Assembly: GCA_905197115.1 (NCBI GenBank)
Contig: CAJJXN010000002.1
Location: forward strand, 1 to 58,946
DNA length: 58,946 nucleotides
Direction: 5' to 3'
Source of the DNA: an uncultured Bacillota bacterium
Lineage (GTDB): Bacteria > Bacillota_I > Bacilli_A > RFN20 > CAG-631
Shown here: positions 29,238 to 38,837 of the stretch, in pieces
Layout: each line of letters starts with the position of its first letter
Numbering within the stretch: position 1 is the first letter of the stretch
Program-made: the position numbers and the translations under genes
The notes under the pieces: model-generated
Databases searched by the model: none
Told to the model about the DNA's origin: nothing
The model's input: the letters and a program-made list of their open reading frames with translations, nothing else

Positions 29238-31009
29238 TGAAAACATTACATAAAGTTACTAGCCGTTTATTTAAAAAACATTTTAGTCGACTTTTGACTA
29301 TTATCGCCATTATTTTAGTAAGTATTGGTTTGATTTCAGGAATTGGGGAAGTAGAGTTTAAAATTAATCATGCAGCTAATGAAACTTATGTTTCTAAAAA
29401 TATGTCGGATTTTTATTTAAAAAGCAATCAAGAACTAGGTTTTTCTTCTGATTTTTATAACGAATTATCCGATCAATTTGGTAACGAAAACGTTATGAAA
29501 AGTTTTAGTTATGAAGCTAAGATTGGTAAAGAAATATTTCGATTTATTACTTTAAATTTTAACGATATTTCAATTAACCAATTGACTTTAATAAATGGTC
29601 ATTTTCCTAAAAATGAACACGAAATTGTCGTAGAAAAGTCAACAAAAACAAGAAATTCGTATGCTTTAAATGAAAAAATAACTCTTTTTGAAAAAGAATA
29701 CACTGTCTGCGGAATTGTAGCAAATCCTTTACTTATTTATGAAATAGATGAACCTAGTTTTCAATTTTTTAATGAGCCATTAGATAAAATTATTTATTTT
29801 CATCAAGATGAACTACTCGTTTATAATGATATTTATGTCACTTTATCCAATCGAAATTTATTTAACGCTTTCAATTCTTCTTATGAAAAAGAAATTCAAC
29901 TTTTAAAAAAGAATTTAATTAATCAATTTATAAATGAATCCTTTACTATTTTAACCTTATATGAAAACATCGGATTTTATTCTTTAATTTCTTATGCTCA
30001 AAAAGTAGGAATCATTAGCATTATCTTTTTAGTTTTCTTTTTATTGATAACTTTACTTGTTGTTTTTTCTACTATGACTCGTCTTTTAGAAGAAGAAAGA
30101 CTTCAAATTGCTTGTTTGAAAACGCTTGGCTATCCAAAACAAAAGATTATAAATCATTATTTATTATTTGTTTTTATTGCGGCTTTATGTGGAGGCATTT
30201 TAGCCTTCGGTGTTGGACTTGGAGTCACAAAAATTATCTATTCCACTTTTAACTTACAATATACCATGCCTGCATTTCCCTTAAAAAATCATTTTCTTTA
30301 TTATGGCGGAACTTTTGCCTTAATCGTACTCTCTACAGTTGGCTTAACATGGATAACAGGAAATCAATTAATATCCCAAAAACCAGTAACATTACTTGCT
30401 CATAAAGTTCCTAAGCCAGGGAAAAAAGTAATTATTGAAAAAGTTCCTTTCATTTGGAATCACCTTAGTTTTAAATATAAATCTTCTTTTCGAAATGTTT
30501 TACTTTATATAAGTCGTTTTTTAATGACCGTTATTTCTATTATTGGTTCTACGGTTTTAGTTTTAGCTGGCATTGGACTCATGGATTGCGCGAAAAAAAT
30601 CAAAGATGGTGCTTCTTTAATTACAATTGCTAGTGTTTTAATTATCTTTTCAGCCATTTTATGTGCGCTTGTTATTTATAACATCACAAATATTAATGTC
30701 AGTGAACGGAAAAGAGAAATTGCTACTTTAATGGTATTAGGCTATCATGATAATGAAGTAACCAGCTATATTTACCGAGAAATTTATATCATGACAAGCA
30801 TTGGGGCTATAATTGGAATTCCTTTAGGATATTTTTTCTTACAATTTGTATTTAATTTAATTAATTTTGGTTCTATTGCTGACATCAATTGGTGGAGTTG
30901 GATTCTAGCTCCTTTACTTACTTTGTTTTTCAGCTTCTTGTCGACAAAATTGCTCTATCGAAGGATAATTAAAACCGATATGAATGCTTCTTTGAAAACG
31001 CTAGAATAA
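29231..31009 (+). CDS. ABC transporter permease, FtsX-like (two FtsX modules)
   Basis: 592 aa, overlaps the ATPase gene. Two 4-TM FtsX-type modules separated by a large extracytoplasmic domain. The start may be ATG 29237. Confidence 0.8.
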   Translation: MVMKTLHKVTSRLFKKHFSRLLTIIAIILVSIGLISGIGEVEFKINHAANETYVSKNMSDFYLKSNQELGFSSDFYNELSDQFGNENVMKSFSYEAKIGKEIFRFITLNFNDISINQLTLINGHFPKNEHEIVVEKSTKTRNSYALNEKITLFEKEYTVCGIVANPLLIYEIDEPSFQFFNEPLDKIIYFHQDELLVYNDIYVTLSNRNLFNAFNSSYEKEIQLLKKNLINQFINESFTILTLYENIGFYSLISYAQKVGIISIIFLVFFLLITLLVVFSTMTRLLEEERLQIACLKTLGYPKQKIINHYLLFVFIAALCGGILAFGVGLGVTKIIYSTFNLQYTMPAFPLKNHFLYYGGTFALIVLSTVGLTWITGNQLISQKPVTLLAHKVPKPGKKVIIEKVPFIWNHLSFKYKSSFRNVLLYISRFLMTVISIIGSTVLVLAGIGLMDCAKKIKDGASLITIASVLIIFSAILCALVIYNITNINVSERKREIATLMVLGYHDNEVTSYIYREIYIMTSIGAIIGIPLGYFFLQFVFNLINFGSIADINWWSWILAPLLTLFFSFLSTKLLYRRIIKTDMNASLKTLE

Positions 31010-31033
31010 AAAAAAGTAGTTTTTTATCAAAAA

Positions 31034-31750
31034 CTACTTTTTTAGCATCTTTTTTAAGAAACGACAACCCATTGAATATATTGTAATCCCCTCGCCTTTT
31101 TTATTTTTTAAATAGTATAATTGATTTCCTTCAATTAATATAGGTAAACACGATTTTCCAAAATAAGTATCTAAATATACATTACTACTCAAGGAAAGGT
31201 TTTGTGAAAGTCTTTTAAAAGTATTAAAATCTTCTTCTCTAACATCACTTTTATTAATTATTAAAAGAATACATACATTTCTACATTTTTCATGAATTTT
31301 ATCTAAAGATGCCAATTCTTGTTCAATTTCTTTTGTCAAATCTTTAAAATTAAAATCAACAAATTTAATATAGTAGCAAACAAAGTCTTTAAGAAAAGAG
31401 AATTTCTTTCTTCGATATAAATTCGTTTCTATTTCTACAAACTTATGACTATTTAAATATTGTATCATTTCGTTTTGATCGACATTTTCAACTAAAGTTA
31501 ATTCTTGTTTTAAGACTTTTTCTTCACTCTTTTTTAGTTCATAATAAAGAGCATCTTTAAAATCGTGAATGAAAATAATAGTCGCTACAATAAGAAGAAA
31601 AACAGCAATTATCACACTAATCATCATGCTTTTGTTACTAACTTTTAAAATTACACTTAAAATAATGATCGCAATTGCTATAATCATTAACAAAAAACTG
31701 CAAACTATTTCAATGATGATTCTTTTCTTTGATTTAATTTTTTCTTCCAT
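31034..31750 (-). CDS. Membrane-anchored hypothetical protein
   Basis: 238 aa with two N-terminal TM segments and a soluble C-terminal domain. Starts 1 nt after the upstream stop. Confidence 0.6.
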   Translation of the reverse strand: MEEKIKSKKRIIIEIVCSFLLMIIAIAIIILSVILKVSNKSMMISVIIAVFLLIVATIIFIHDFKDALYYELKKSEEKVLKQELTLVENVDQNEMIQYLNSHKFVEIETNLYRRKKFSFLKDFVCYYIKFVDFNFKDLTKEIEQELASLDKIHEKCRNVCILLIINKSDVREEDFNTFKRLSQNLSLSSNVYLDTYFGKSCLPILIEGNQLYYLKNKKGEGITIYSMGCRFLKKMLKK

Positions 31751-31751
31751 A

Positions 31752-32312
31752 TTATTTCAATTTTAATCCTTCTTGAAATGCTTTTCCAACTTGTTTTCCC
31801 AATTGAATATATGTGTGGTGCACTGCATCATAAGTGATAGGTTCTAATTTTTCAACATCAATTTTACCTTTTTCATCTAAGACTTTTTCATCAGCGCTTA
31901 CATTTATAATCTCACCAAATAAACGGCAAGTTTGAGGATCATAACTAATTAACTGACATTCAATGGTTAAAGGTAATTCTTCAATAATTGGAGCATTTAC
32001 AAATTCACTTTTTATCGTGTGAAAGCCTGCTTTCTCCATTTTATTTTTTTCTTGATTTCCAGATACAATACCTACATAATCACATGCTACAACATGTTTA
32101 GCATCTGCTAGGCTGATAGTAAATGCTTGTGTTTTTAAAATGTTATTAGTTGTTTTGTGTTGTGCACTTAAACAAAGAAAAATTTGATTTTCTTCTGCAA
32201 TACCTCCCCATGCAGCATTCATTGCATTGGCAGTTCCATCTTCATTATAAGTTGCAATAATGAATACAGGTTGTGGGTAAACATACGTTTTAACGCCAAA
32301 ATTCTTTCTCAT
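31752..32312 (-). CDS. Flavin reductase-like FMN-binding protein
   Basis: 186 aa. YPQPVFIIATYNEDGTANAMNAAWGG is typical of the flavin-reductase-like domain. Confidence 0.75.
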   Translation of the reverse strand: MRKNFGVKTYVYPQPVFIIATYNEDGTANAMNAAWGGIAEENQIFLCLSAQHKTTNNILKTQAFTISLADAKHVVACDYVGIVSGNQEKNKMEKAGFHTIKSEFVNAPIIEELPLTIECQLISYDPQTCRLFGEIINVSADEKVLDEKGKIDVEKLEPITYDAVHHTYIQLGKQVGKAFQEGLKLK

Positions 32313-32345
32313 AAAAAATCACCTCTTATAAATATTTTAACATAT

Positions 32346-32747
32346 TTAGCCAAGTATTGCACAAATTAAACTAAAAATAGGAATGAGTATAATAAAACAA
32401 GGACCTAAAAATAAAGATATTTGAAATATATTTTGAATAAACGATAAATTGATTTGAACACTAGAATTTACAAAAATTAATGTTCCTAGAGTTGAAAACA
32501 TAGCTAAATATAATAAACTAGTTAATAATGTATTGATTCCTATTTTTTTAATTTTTAAAAATCTTAAGAAAATATAAATATTTATTATCAAGTAGATTCC
32601 ATCGATACTATCGATTAAAATTAATGCCATTAAACTTAAAGAAGAGTTTTTATAATAGAAAATAAAAGACAGTATAGTTAAAATAACACCTACTAAAGCA
32701 AATAAAATGAAATAAATAATTTCTTTTTGGGTTAATTTATCTTTCAT
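32346..32747 (-). CDS. Membrane protein (4 TM)
   Basis: 133 aa hydrophobic ORF. Overlaps the upstream ORF by 11 nt. Confidence 0.55.
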   Translation of the reverse strand: MKDKLTQKEIIYFILFALVGVILTILSFIFYYKNSSLSLMALILIDSIDGIYLIINIYIFLRFLKIKKIGINTLLTSLLYLAMFSTLGTLIFVNSSVQINLSFIQNIFQISLFLGPCFIILIPIFSLICAILG

Positions 32748-33120
32748 AATTGTTCACCCATAAGACTTGCTTTAAATCTTCTTTTATAATTTGAATTTGT
32801 TTTTTAGAAAATAGTTTTAATGGTATAACAATTTCTTTTTGATTTTCACAACATAAAAATAGTTTGCCATTTTTTTCATCTATTTTTTGTAATTGTTGAA
32901 AGTGAATATTCCAATTATTTTGTTTTTTATATCGAATTAAGCAATGAATTTCCTCCAAGTTAAAATTAATCTCTAATTCATTACTACGATTAATTAAAAT
33001 AAAAAGAAAAGTTAACGAAAATATAAAAGAAAAACCAAAAAATATAAATACAAAGTACTTTTCTTTAAAAAACGTTATATACCCCATTATTATACCTATT
33101 AGGGCCCACAAAATTGACAA
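32737..33120 (-). CDS. Membrane-anchored hypothetical protein
   Basis: 127 aa with two N-terminal TM segments. The start codon is uncertain (TTG 33120 or an internal ATG). Confidence 0.5.
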   Translation of the reverse strand: MSILWALIGIIMGYITFFKEKYFVFIFFGFSFIFSLTFLFILINRSNELEINFNLEEIHCLIRYKKQNNWNIHFQQLQKIDEKNGKLFLCCENQKEIVIPLKLFSKKQIQIIKEDLKQVLWVNNYER

Positions 33121-33278
33121 TACGATTAAAATAACTCGCTTTTTAAAACGATAATAAGTATGTTTTTATCCACAAAATCACCTGCTTTTTTTGTTATTTA
33201 AAAAATTTATTTTCTAATTTAATTTTATGTAAAAAGCAAATATTCGTCAATTTTTAAAATATATATTTGTTTTTCAAG

Positions 33279-34256
33279 TTAACTCTTTTTTTTATATTTC
33301 ATTATATTAATAATCACTGCATAAATAATTCCTGAAACCACCCATATTAACCACGTTTTATCCCATGCTTTGCTTAAAAAACTCACAATTAAATAAATAG
33401 CAGTTATAATCATCCAATAACTTCCTGAAAATAATTGCGATACTTCTTCATTTTTTGTAAGATTTTTTTCTATTTTCAATAATTTTTTAATGATTCCCAT
33501 GTTATAGCCCACATAAACCATTAAAAATACACCAATTGAAACCATGATTAAAAGTATGACTAATCCATAAATAACAATTAAAGCGTCATCAAAAAGACAA
33601 CTGATTAATAGTGGTATGGCAGAAATAATGCATAAAAGGACACCCATTAAATTAAATACAAAATATTTCTTATCTAAATTGCTTTTTTCTTGTTCTAATA
33701 AAGAAAAAGCATCTTTTTCCAATTCAAAATCATCGTTTTTTATAAATTCGAATCTTTTCATTTTATACTCTGTCACTAAAAATAATGTTATAGCGATTGC
33801 CACCATTATAATTAAAATAACAACTCCTATAATCGCAGCCAAAGAATTATCTAAAGCATAAAAATTTTTCTTCGTATAATAATCCATCATTCCTGTAAAA
33901 AGAATTAATAAAACGGGTGAAAGAATACATAAAAGGACACCAATTGAAACAAGAAGTCGAGACTTGTTTGTTGCATTTAATACATCTATAACTATTTCTT
34001 TTGTAATTTTTTTTACTTTTTTAGTCTCTTTTATTTGAATATCAACTTCGTTTAATTGAATTTCATCATTAAGTAAAGTATCAGTTGTAATATTAAAAAT
34101 TTTACTCATTGCAATAATTTTATCTACTTCTGGAAGGGATTGTCCACTTTCCCATTTTGAAATTGATTGTCTACTAATATTTAATTGATTCGCTAAATCT
34201 TCTTGACTTAACCCACATTTCTTTCTCAATATAATAATTTTATCAGCTAAGTTCAT
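33279..34256 (-). CDS. XRE-family HTH protein fused to a multi-TM domain
   Basis: N-terminal LRKKCGLSQEDLANQLNISRQSISKWESGQSLP (HTH_3) followed by about 6 TM segments. Confidence 0.8.
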   Translation of the reverse strand: MNLADKIIILRKKCGLSQEDLANQLNISRQSISKWESGQSLPEVDKIIAMSKIFNITTDTLLNDEIQLNEVDIQIKETKKVKKITKEIVIDVLNATNKSRLLVSIGVLLCILSPVLLILFTGMMDYYTKKNFYALDNSLAAIIGVVILIIMVAIAITLFLVTEYKMKRFEFIKNDDFELEKDAFSLLEQEKSNLDKKYFVFNLMGVLLCIISAIPLLISCLFDDALIVIYGLVILLIMVSIGVFLMVYVGYNMGIIKKLLKIEKNLTKNEEVSQLFSGSYWMIITAIYLIVSFLSKAWDKTWLIWVVSGIIYAVIINIMKYKKKS

Positions 34257-34394
34257 GATAATCTCCCCTTTTATTTAAAGATATACAAAACTGTATTTTT
34301 TTACAATCAAGTTCACTTTGAAATTTGTCAACTTTTAGTTGCGAAAACAAAAAACACTCCAATTGGTCGATAAATCAATTAAAGTGTTTATTTT

Positions 34395-34739
34395 TTATTT
34401 ATTACAAATGATGTATGTAAAAAAGACAATTAATAATAATACCATCATAACAGCATTTATAATAATCAATAGTTTACATTTTGAATGTTGAAGTTTTAAA
34501 CCTGTTATGCCTACAACCATTCCAGCAATTAAAAAAATAAAAGTTGCAATTAAGCCTATCACGAAATATAAAAACAAAATAGCCGAACCAATTCCAACTC
34601 CAGGATTTGATGAATTGAGTGCAGTTACCACCGCGCTAATTCCAATATACATGCAAACGATAAATCCAATTGCAGCTATAATGGTTAAAACCAATGATGT
34701 AATAAATAATGTTTTTTTTCTTTTTTCTATATTTTCCAT
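34395..34739 (-). CDS. Small membrane protein (3 TM)
   Basis: 114 aa hydrophobic ORF. Confidence 0.55.
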   Translation of the reverse strand: MENIEKRKKTLFITSLVLTIIAAIGFIVCMYIGISAVVTALNSSNPGVGIGSAILFLYFVIGLIATFIFLIAGMVVGITGLKLQHSKCKLLIIINAVMMVLLLIVFFTYIICNK

Positions 34740-34759
34740 AACTTTATTTTGTCCTCTAT

Positions 34760-35173
34760 TTATAATTTTATCACTTTAATTTTAAAGTCACAATAATATT
34801 GTGCCTCAATTCCACTAAATTTTAATACACTATAATCAGGATCTGTGACTCCCTTTTTATAAAAAAGTTGATCGCCAAAGCGCCATATCTCTTTTTTGAT
34901 TTCTTCATCATTTAACACTTCCATGATTCCTTTAATCATTAATCCTTCATATTTAAATCGACCTCTTTTGTAAAAATAAACACATGCTTTGTTATTTTTA
35001 AGATATTGATTTATTTTTTTAGAGGATGTATTTGTAGTAAAATAAATATCATTACCTTCTATTTTTCTTGGTGCTAACATTGCTCTCGTGATAGGATAAC
35101 CTTCTTCATCAATAGATGAAATAAAGGCTGTTTTTTGCTCCTTAATAAATGCATAAATTTCTTCTTTTGTCAT
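34760..35173 (-). CDS. Pyridoxamine 5'-phosphate oxidase-family FMN-binding protein
   Basis: 137 aa. AFISSIDEEGYPITRAML...YFTTNTSSKK pattern of the split-barrel PNPOx/GSP26-like family. Confidence 0.7.
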   Translation of the reverse strand: MTKEEIYAFIKEQKTAFISSIDEEGYPITRAMLAPRKIEGNDIYFTTNTSSKKINQYLKNNKACVYFYKRGRFKYEGLMIKGIMEVLNDEEIKKEIWRFGDQLFYKKGVTDPDYSVLKFSGIEAQYYCDFKIKVIKL

Positions 35174-35781
35174 GAATTGTCCTCCTTAATTTTATCTTGA
35201 TTGGCTTTAATAAATTCTTGACTATATACTTTTTCTCCTTCACTATTTCTTAAAATCTTCCAGTATTGACTAGCAATTTTTAATTTATTTTGATAGTGTT
35301 GATTCAAACTATCCGCACAAAAATCTTTTAAAAACTGATTCCATTGACAACTCGATTTATCATATTTAGCATATTGTTTTTTATTTAATTTGACATCTAA
35401 TAAGTCTTGTAAAGTAAAGGTGGTATCATGATTAGCTTTAACTTGTTTTACCGTTTCTACCATATCAACATTAAATTTAAAATTCAAATCATTGGTTTGC
35501 TTTATGAAAAATTCTTTAAACTTTGCTCCAAACGTAAAACCACAAGTTAATAAAGGCGTATCAAGGGTTAAATTAGAAGTAGTCGCTTTAATTTTTGGCT
35601 TCGTTTGATGTTTGATTTGCTCTCCTCTAAAATAAGCACGAATAATTTCGTTTAACTCTTTTTTATTGCCGATATATTCTAAATTAAGTTGTTTACATAT
35701 TTTTTGAAGTTCCTCATAATACCAATAATACTTACTAAATTCTTCATACGAAGTTATTTTTTCAAATCTTGGTCTACTCAT
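35170..35781 (-). CDS. SAP-motif-containing hypothetical protein
   Basis: 203 aa. N-terminal YYEELQKICKQLNLEYIGNKKELNEIIRAYF resembles a SAP helix-extended-helix motif. 4-nt overlaps with both neighbours. Confidence 0.55.
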   Translation of the reverse strand: MSRPRFEKITSYEEFSKYYWYYEELQKICKQLNLEYIGNKKELNEIIRAYFRGEQIKHQTKPKIKATTSNLTLDTPLLTCGFTFGAKFKEFFIKQTNDLNFKFNVDMVETVKQVKANHDTTFTLQDLLDVKLNKKQYAKYDKSSCQWNQFLKDFCADSLNQHYQNKLKIASQYWKILRNSEGEKVYSQEFIKANQDKIKEDNS

Positions 35782-36035
35782 TTATTATTTTCCTTTACTT
35801 TATGAGCAGTAATAATCGTATAACTATACCGATTGATAGTAATTACAATATCATCTACTTCACAATAATAATTTTTCCCTTTTATGTATACCAAGCAATT
35901 ATCTTGTTTAATTTTATCAATACAATAAGTTACTACATTGGTATTTTCTAAATTTAGATTTCTTAAAATTCGTTGTACTCCCATAGGAGTTGTATGAATT
36001 CGATTTTGATTTTTTAATAAATTTTGTTTTTCCAT
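35778..36035 (-). CDS. DUF3781-like small protein
   Basis: 85 aa. IHTTPMGVQRILRNL ... KGKNYY ... TIITAHK pattern recalled for DUF3781. Confidence 0.55.
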   Translation of the reverse strand: MEKQNLLKNQNRIHTTPMGVQRILRNLNLENTNVVTYCIDKIKQDNCLVYIKGKNYYCEVDDIVITINRYSYTIITAHKVKENNK

Positions 36036-36100
36036 TTTCTTGTCCTTTTTTGTTTTATTATAACATAAATCTAAAGTTATAAATTAGAAAAATAAAACAC

Positions 36101-36322
36101 TCATACGTGAGTGTTTGTTTCATCTTCTTGATATTGCAATATATCTCCTGGCGTACATTCTAATTCTTTGCATAATGCATTCAAAGTTGAAAAACGAATA
36201 GCAGATATTTTGCCTGTTTTAATATTGGATAAATTGGCATCGGTTAAACCAATTTTTAAAGCTAAATCTTTTAATTTTATTTTTTTATCTTTCATGATTT
36301 TATCTAAATTTAATATAATCAT
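36101..36322 (-). CDS. XRE/Cro-type HTH regulator (YozG-like)
   Basis: 73 aa. LDKIMKDKKIKLKDLALKIGLTDANLSNIKTGK...IRFSTLNALCKELECTPGDIL. 4-nt overlap with the upstream DUF2975-like gene, a commonly seen pair. Confidence 0.8.
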   Translation of the reverse strand: MIILNLDKIMKDKKIKLKDLALKIGLTDANLSNIKTGKISAIRFSTLNALCKELECTPGDILQYQEDETNTHV

Positions 36323-36819
36323 AAAGTTTCATCATCCTGTTTTTGAAGTTTAGCTCCATAATTAAAAAATAATCCAATAAAATATAAAACTACAGCTGCA
36401 CTAATTCCTACTATTTCAAAACGAAATACAAATTCACTATTTGGAACAATTGCATGAATTAAAATGGATCCAATTAATGCAGGAATTGTTGATAAAATAA
36501 ATGTTGAAATTGCAATTCTTTGAATACTTTTGGTAATACTAACTCCAAATACCGATTGTTGTGTATAAATTGTATTAAAAAATTTGGTTGTGTTCCAAAA
36601 AAAGTCAATTAAGAAAAATGCATATAAAGTTAAAACAGAAAAAATAATTGCAGATTCTGCTTTAGAAATTGATGGAATTGCATTTGTTATTGGTAAAATA
36701 ATAGCTAAAGCAAATAAAACAAATGTTAGGACACAATCTACAATATAAAATACTTTTGATACAATTTTACAAATCTTTGAAATTTTAATAATCTTTTCTT
36801 TGTCTTTCATATTTATCAC
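36319..36819 (-). CDS. DUF2975-like membrane protein
   Basis: 166 aa, 4 TM. Ends QKQDDETL. Coupled to the YozG-like HTH. Confidence 0.6.
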   Translation of the reverse strand: MINMKDKEKIIKISKICKIVSKVFYIVDCVLTFVLFALAIILPITNAIPSISKAESAIIFSVLTLYAFFLIDFFWNTTKFFNTIYTQQSVFGVSITKSIQRIAISTFILSTIPALIGSILIHAIVPNSEFVFRFEIVGISAAVVLYFIGLFFNYGAKLQKQDDETL

Positions 36820-37087
36820 CCATATTTAGTTTATGCAAAAAATTATCGTTTGTCAATAAATTTTATTGTTAATCGATAATTTTTTTACAATACAACTTTG
36901 GGGATTAAAATTGTTTTTCAAATTTTTTTAACTTTTACGAATAGGGGAATATCTTTTAATTTCAATTGAAAAGATTTATCCTATTTTTCAAAATTAAAAT
37001 AAATACATTTTTGAAAAATGAATCATGTATACAATAAAGGAGTAGTGATTTTACGACTCCTTTTAACTTATAAATACAAAAAGATTT

Positions 37088-38569
37088 TTATTTTATTTCA
37101 ACTATTTTAGTGGCAATATTTTTTATAAAAGTAACATCATGCTCTACAAAAATAAGGGTTATATCCGAATCTTTTAACAATTCTTCAATCTGTATTCTTG
37201 AAATCACATCAATATAATTTAATGGTTCATCCCATATATACAAATTCGCTTCTTCACATAAACTTTTCGCGATTAAAACTTTCTTTTTTTGTCCTTCACT
37301 AAAACAATCAATTGAAATTTGAAATTGTTCTCTTGAAAATCCCAACTTAAATAACATATTGAAAAATTTCGTTTGGTCTAATTGATTTTCATATACAAAA
37401 TCTATTAATGTTCCTTTTAAATTGTCATATTTTTGACATATATAAGATATTTTTATTTTATTGTCCATATAGAAACTTCCATGATATTGAATATTCTCAG
37501 TTAATATAAATTTTAATAAACTTGTCTTTCCACAACCATTGGCACCTACAATAGCAATTTTATCATTTTTTAGAACTTCAAAAGAAATTGGATTAAATAA
37601 ACATTTTGAATCATAATATAAAGACAAATTTTTTGCTTCAATGATACTTTCTTTATTTAATTCTTGTGAATTGAACGATAATTTTTCTTGTTGTTCAATA
37701 TTTTTTAGCAATTTTGATTTTTCTTCAATGGATTTATTTTTTCTTGCTTCCATGACTTTTCCATGTTTCGCCATTTTTGCAGCTTTATGCCCTATAGCCC
37801 CTTTATCGGGCTTTAATCCACCTATTCTTGTTCCATTCTTTGTATTTTCCACTTTATCTGACCAAGTTATTTTTTGTCGCATACTTTCTTGTAAACGTGA
37901 AATTTCTTTTTTTAACTTTTCATTTTGTTCATTTTCAAAATTATCTTGATTTTGTTTGTTTTGCCACCAAGAGGTGAAATTTCCTTTTTGAATTTCAATA
38001 TCTTTTTTATTAATTGAGATGATATGGTCTACACAATGATCAATAAAATCACGATCATGTGAAACCACAATAAATCCTTTTTGTTGATTTAAGAATTTTT
38101 TTACACATTCTCTACTTTTAGAATCTAAATGATTAGTAGGTTCATCAATTAATAAAAAGTTATTTTCTTTTGAAAATAAGATGGCTAATAAAAGTTTCGT
38201 TTGCTGACCATTAGATAAAATATCAAAAGGTTGATATAAGCATTCTTCATCTAATTCTAAAGTATGCATTTTTTTCATGACTTCCCATAATTCACATTCA
38301 GGGTTCATTTCATAAAGTATGTCAATAGCTAATTGATTCTTGTTTTGAACAATGTAGGGAAAGTAATCAAAATGTAAAGGACTACTAATTTTTCCCTTAT
38401 ATTCATATTTTTTAAGCAATAAATTTAACAATGTTGTTTTCCCTCGTCCATTGCGGCCAATTAACCCTATTTTCCAAGTTGTATCAAAAGATAGATTGAT
38501 ATTTTCAAAAACATTTTCTGCATTTCCATCGTATGCAAATGTTAAATTTGTAATATTAATTTGTGCCAT
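37088..38569 (-). CDS. ABC-F ATPase, Lsa-like (candidate ribosome-protection antibiotic-resistance factor)
   Basis: Two ABC cassettes without TM domains (GRNGRGKTT.. / GANGCGKTS.., LSNGQQTK / FSEGQKKK, LLIDEPTNHLD / YIWDEPLNYID) joined by a K/E-rich linker. The N-terminus INITNLTFAYDGNAENVFENINLSFDTTWKIGLIGRNGRGKTTLLNLL closely resembles Lsa-type proteins. Start set at ATG 38569 (AAGGAGG RBS); the upstream extension would include the terminator. Confidence 0.85.
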   Translation of the reverse strand: MAQINITNLTFAYDGNAENVFENINLSFDTTWKIGLIGRNGRGKTTLLNLLLKKYEYKGKISSPLHFDYFPYIVQNKNQLAIDILYEMNPECELWEVMKKMHTLELDEECLYQPFDILSNGQQTKLLLAILFSKENNFLLIDEPTNHLDSKSRECVKKFLNQQKGFIVVSHDRDFIDHCVDHIISINKKDIEIQKGNFTSWWQNKQNQDNFENEQNEKLKKEISRLQESMRQKITWSDKVENTKNGTRIGGLKPDKGAIGHKAAKMAKHGKVMEARKNKSIEEKSKLLKNIEQQEKLSFNSQELNKESIIEAKNLSLYYDSKCLFNPISFEVLKNDKIAIVGANGCGKTSLLKFILTENIQYHGSFYMDNKIKISYICQKYDNLKGTLIDFVYENQLDQTKFFNMLFKLGFSREQFQISIDCFSEGQKKKVLIAKSLCEEANLYIWDEPLNYIDVISRIQIEELLKDSDITLIFVEHDVTFIKNIATKIVEIK

Positions 38570-38587
38570 ATTCTTAACCTCCTTACA

Positions 38588-38732
38588 TAAAAAAGCCACA
38601 AGGAAATAACCTTATGGCTTGTTATTTATAACAATGAATAAGATGAATTAATTTCCTTGTTTGCACAGCAAAAAGAAGTTAATTCAATTTATTGTGCTAC
38701 TATTTAATTAAAAGATTCTTTCTCATGTTCAT
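38588..38732 (-). promoter_or_regulatory. Leader-peptide attenuator of the ABC-F gene
   Basis: 10-codon uORF MNMRKNLLIK (38700-38732). Terminator AGCCAUAAGG-uuauuu-CCUUGUGGCU plus U6 (38588-38619). Upstream ACAAGGAAAU (38651-38660) is complementary to AUUUCCUUGU in the terminator loop/3' arm, which makes it a candidate antiterminator. Confidence 0.7.
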
Positions 38733-38837
38733 CACCTTCAATGTTTAAATAGTAGCATTATATGTAAGGAATGTCAAATTAACTTATGATACTTCTATTA
38801 TTTCTACTTATATTAAACTCTTAACTACTTAAATATA

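Noticed and set aside
38570-38599. ATG 38599 start (MAFLCKEVKN...) for the ABC-F gene
   Set aside because: The extension is encoded by the attenuator terminator stem and the RBS itself. ATG 38569 preceded by AAGGAGG gives the Lsa-like N-terminus MAQINITNL.
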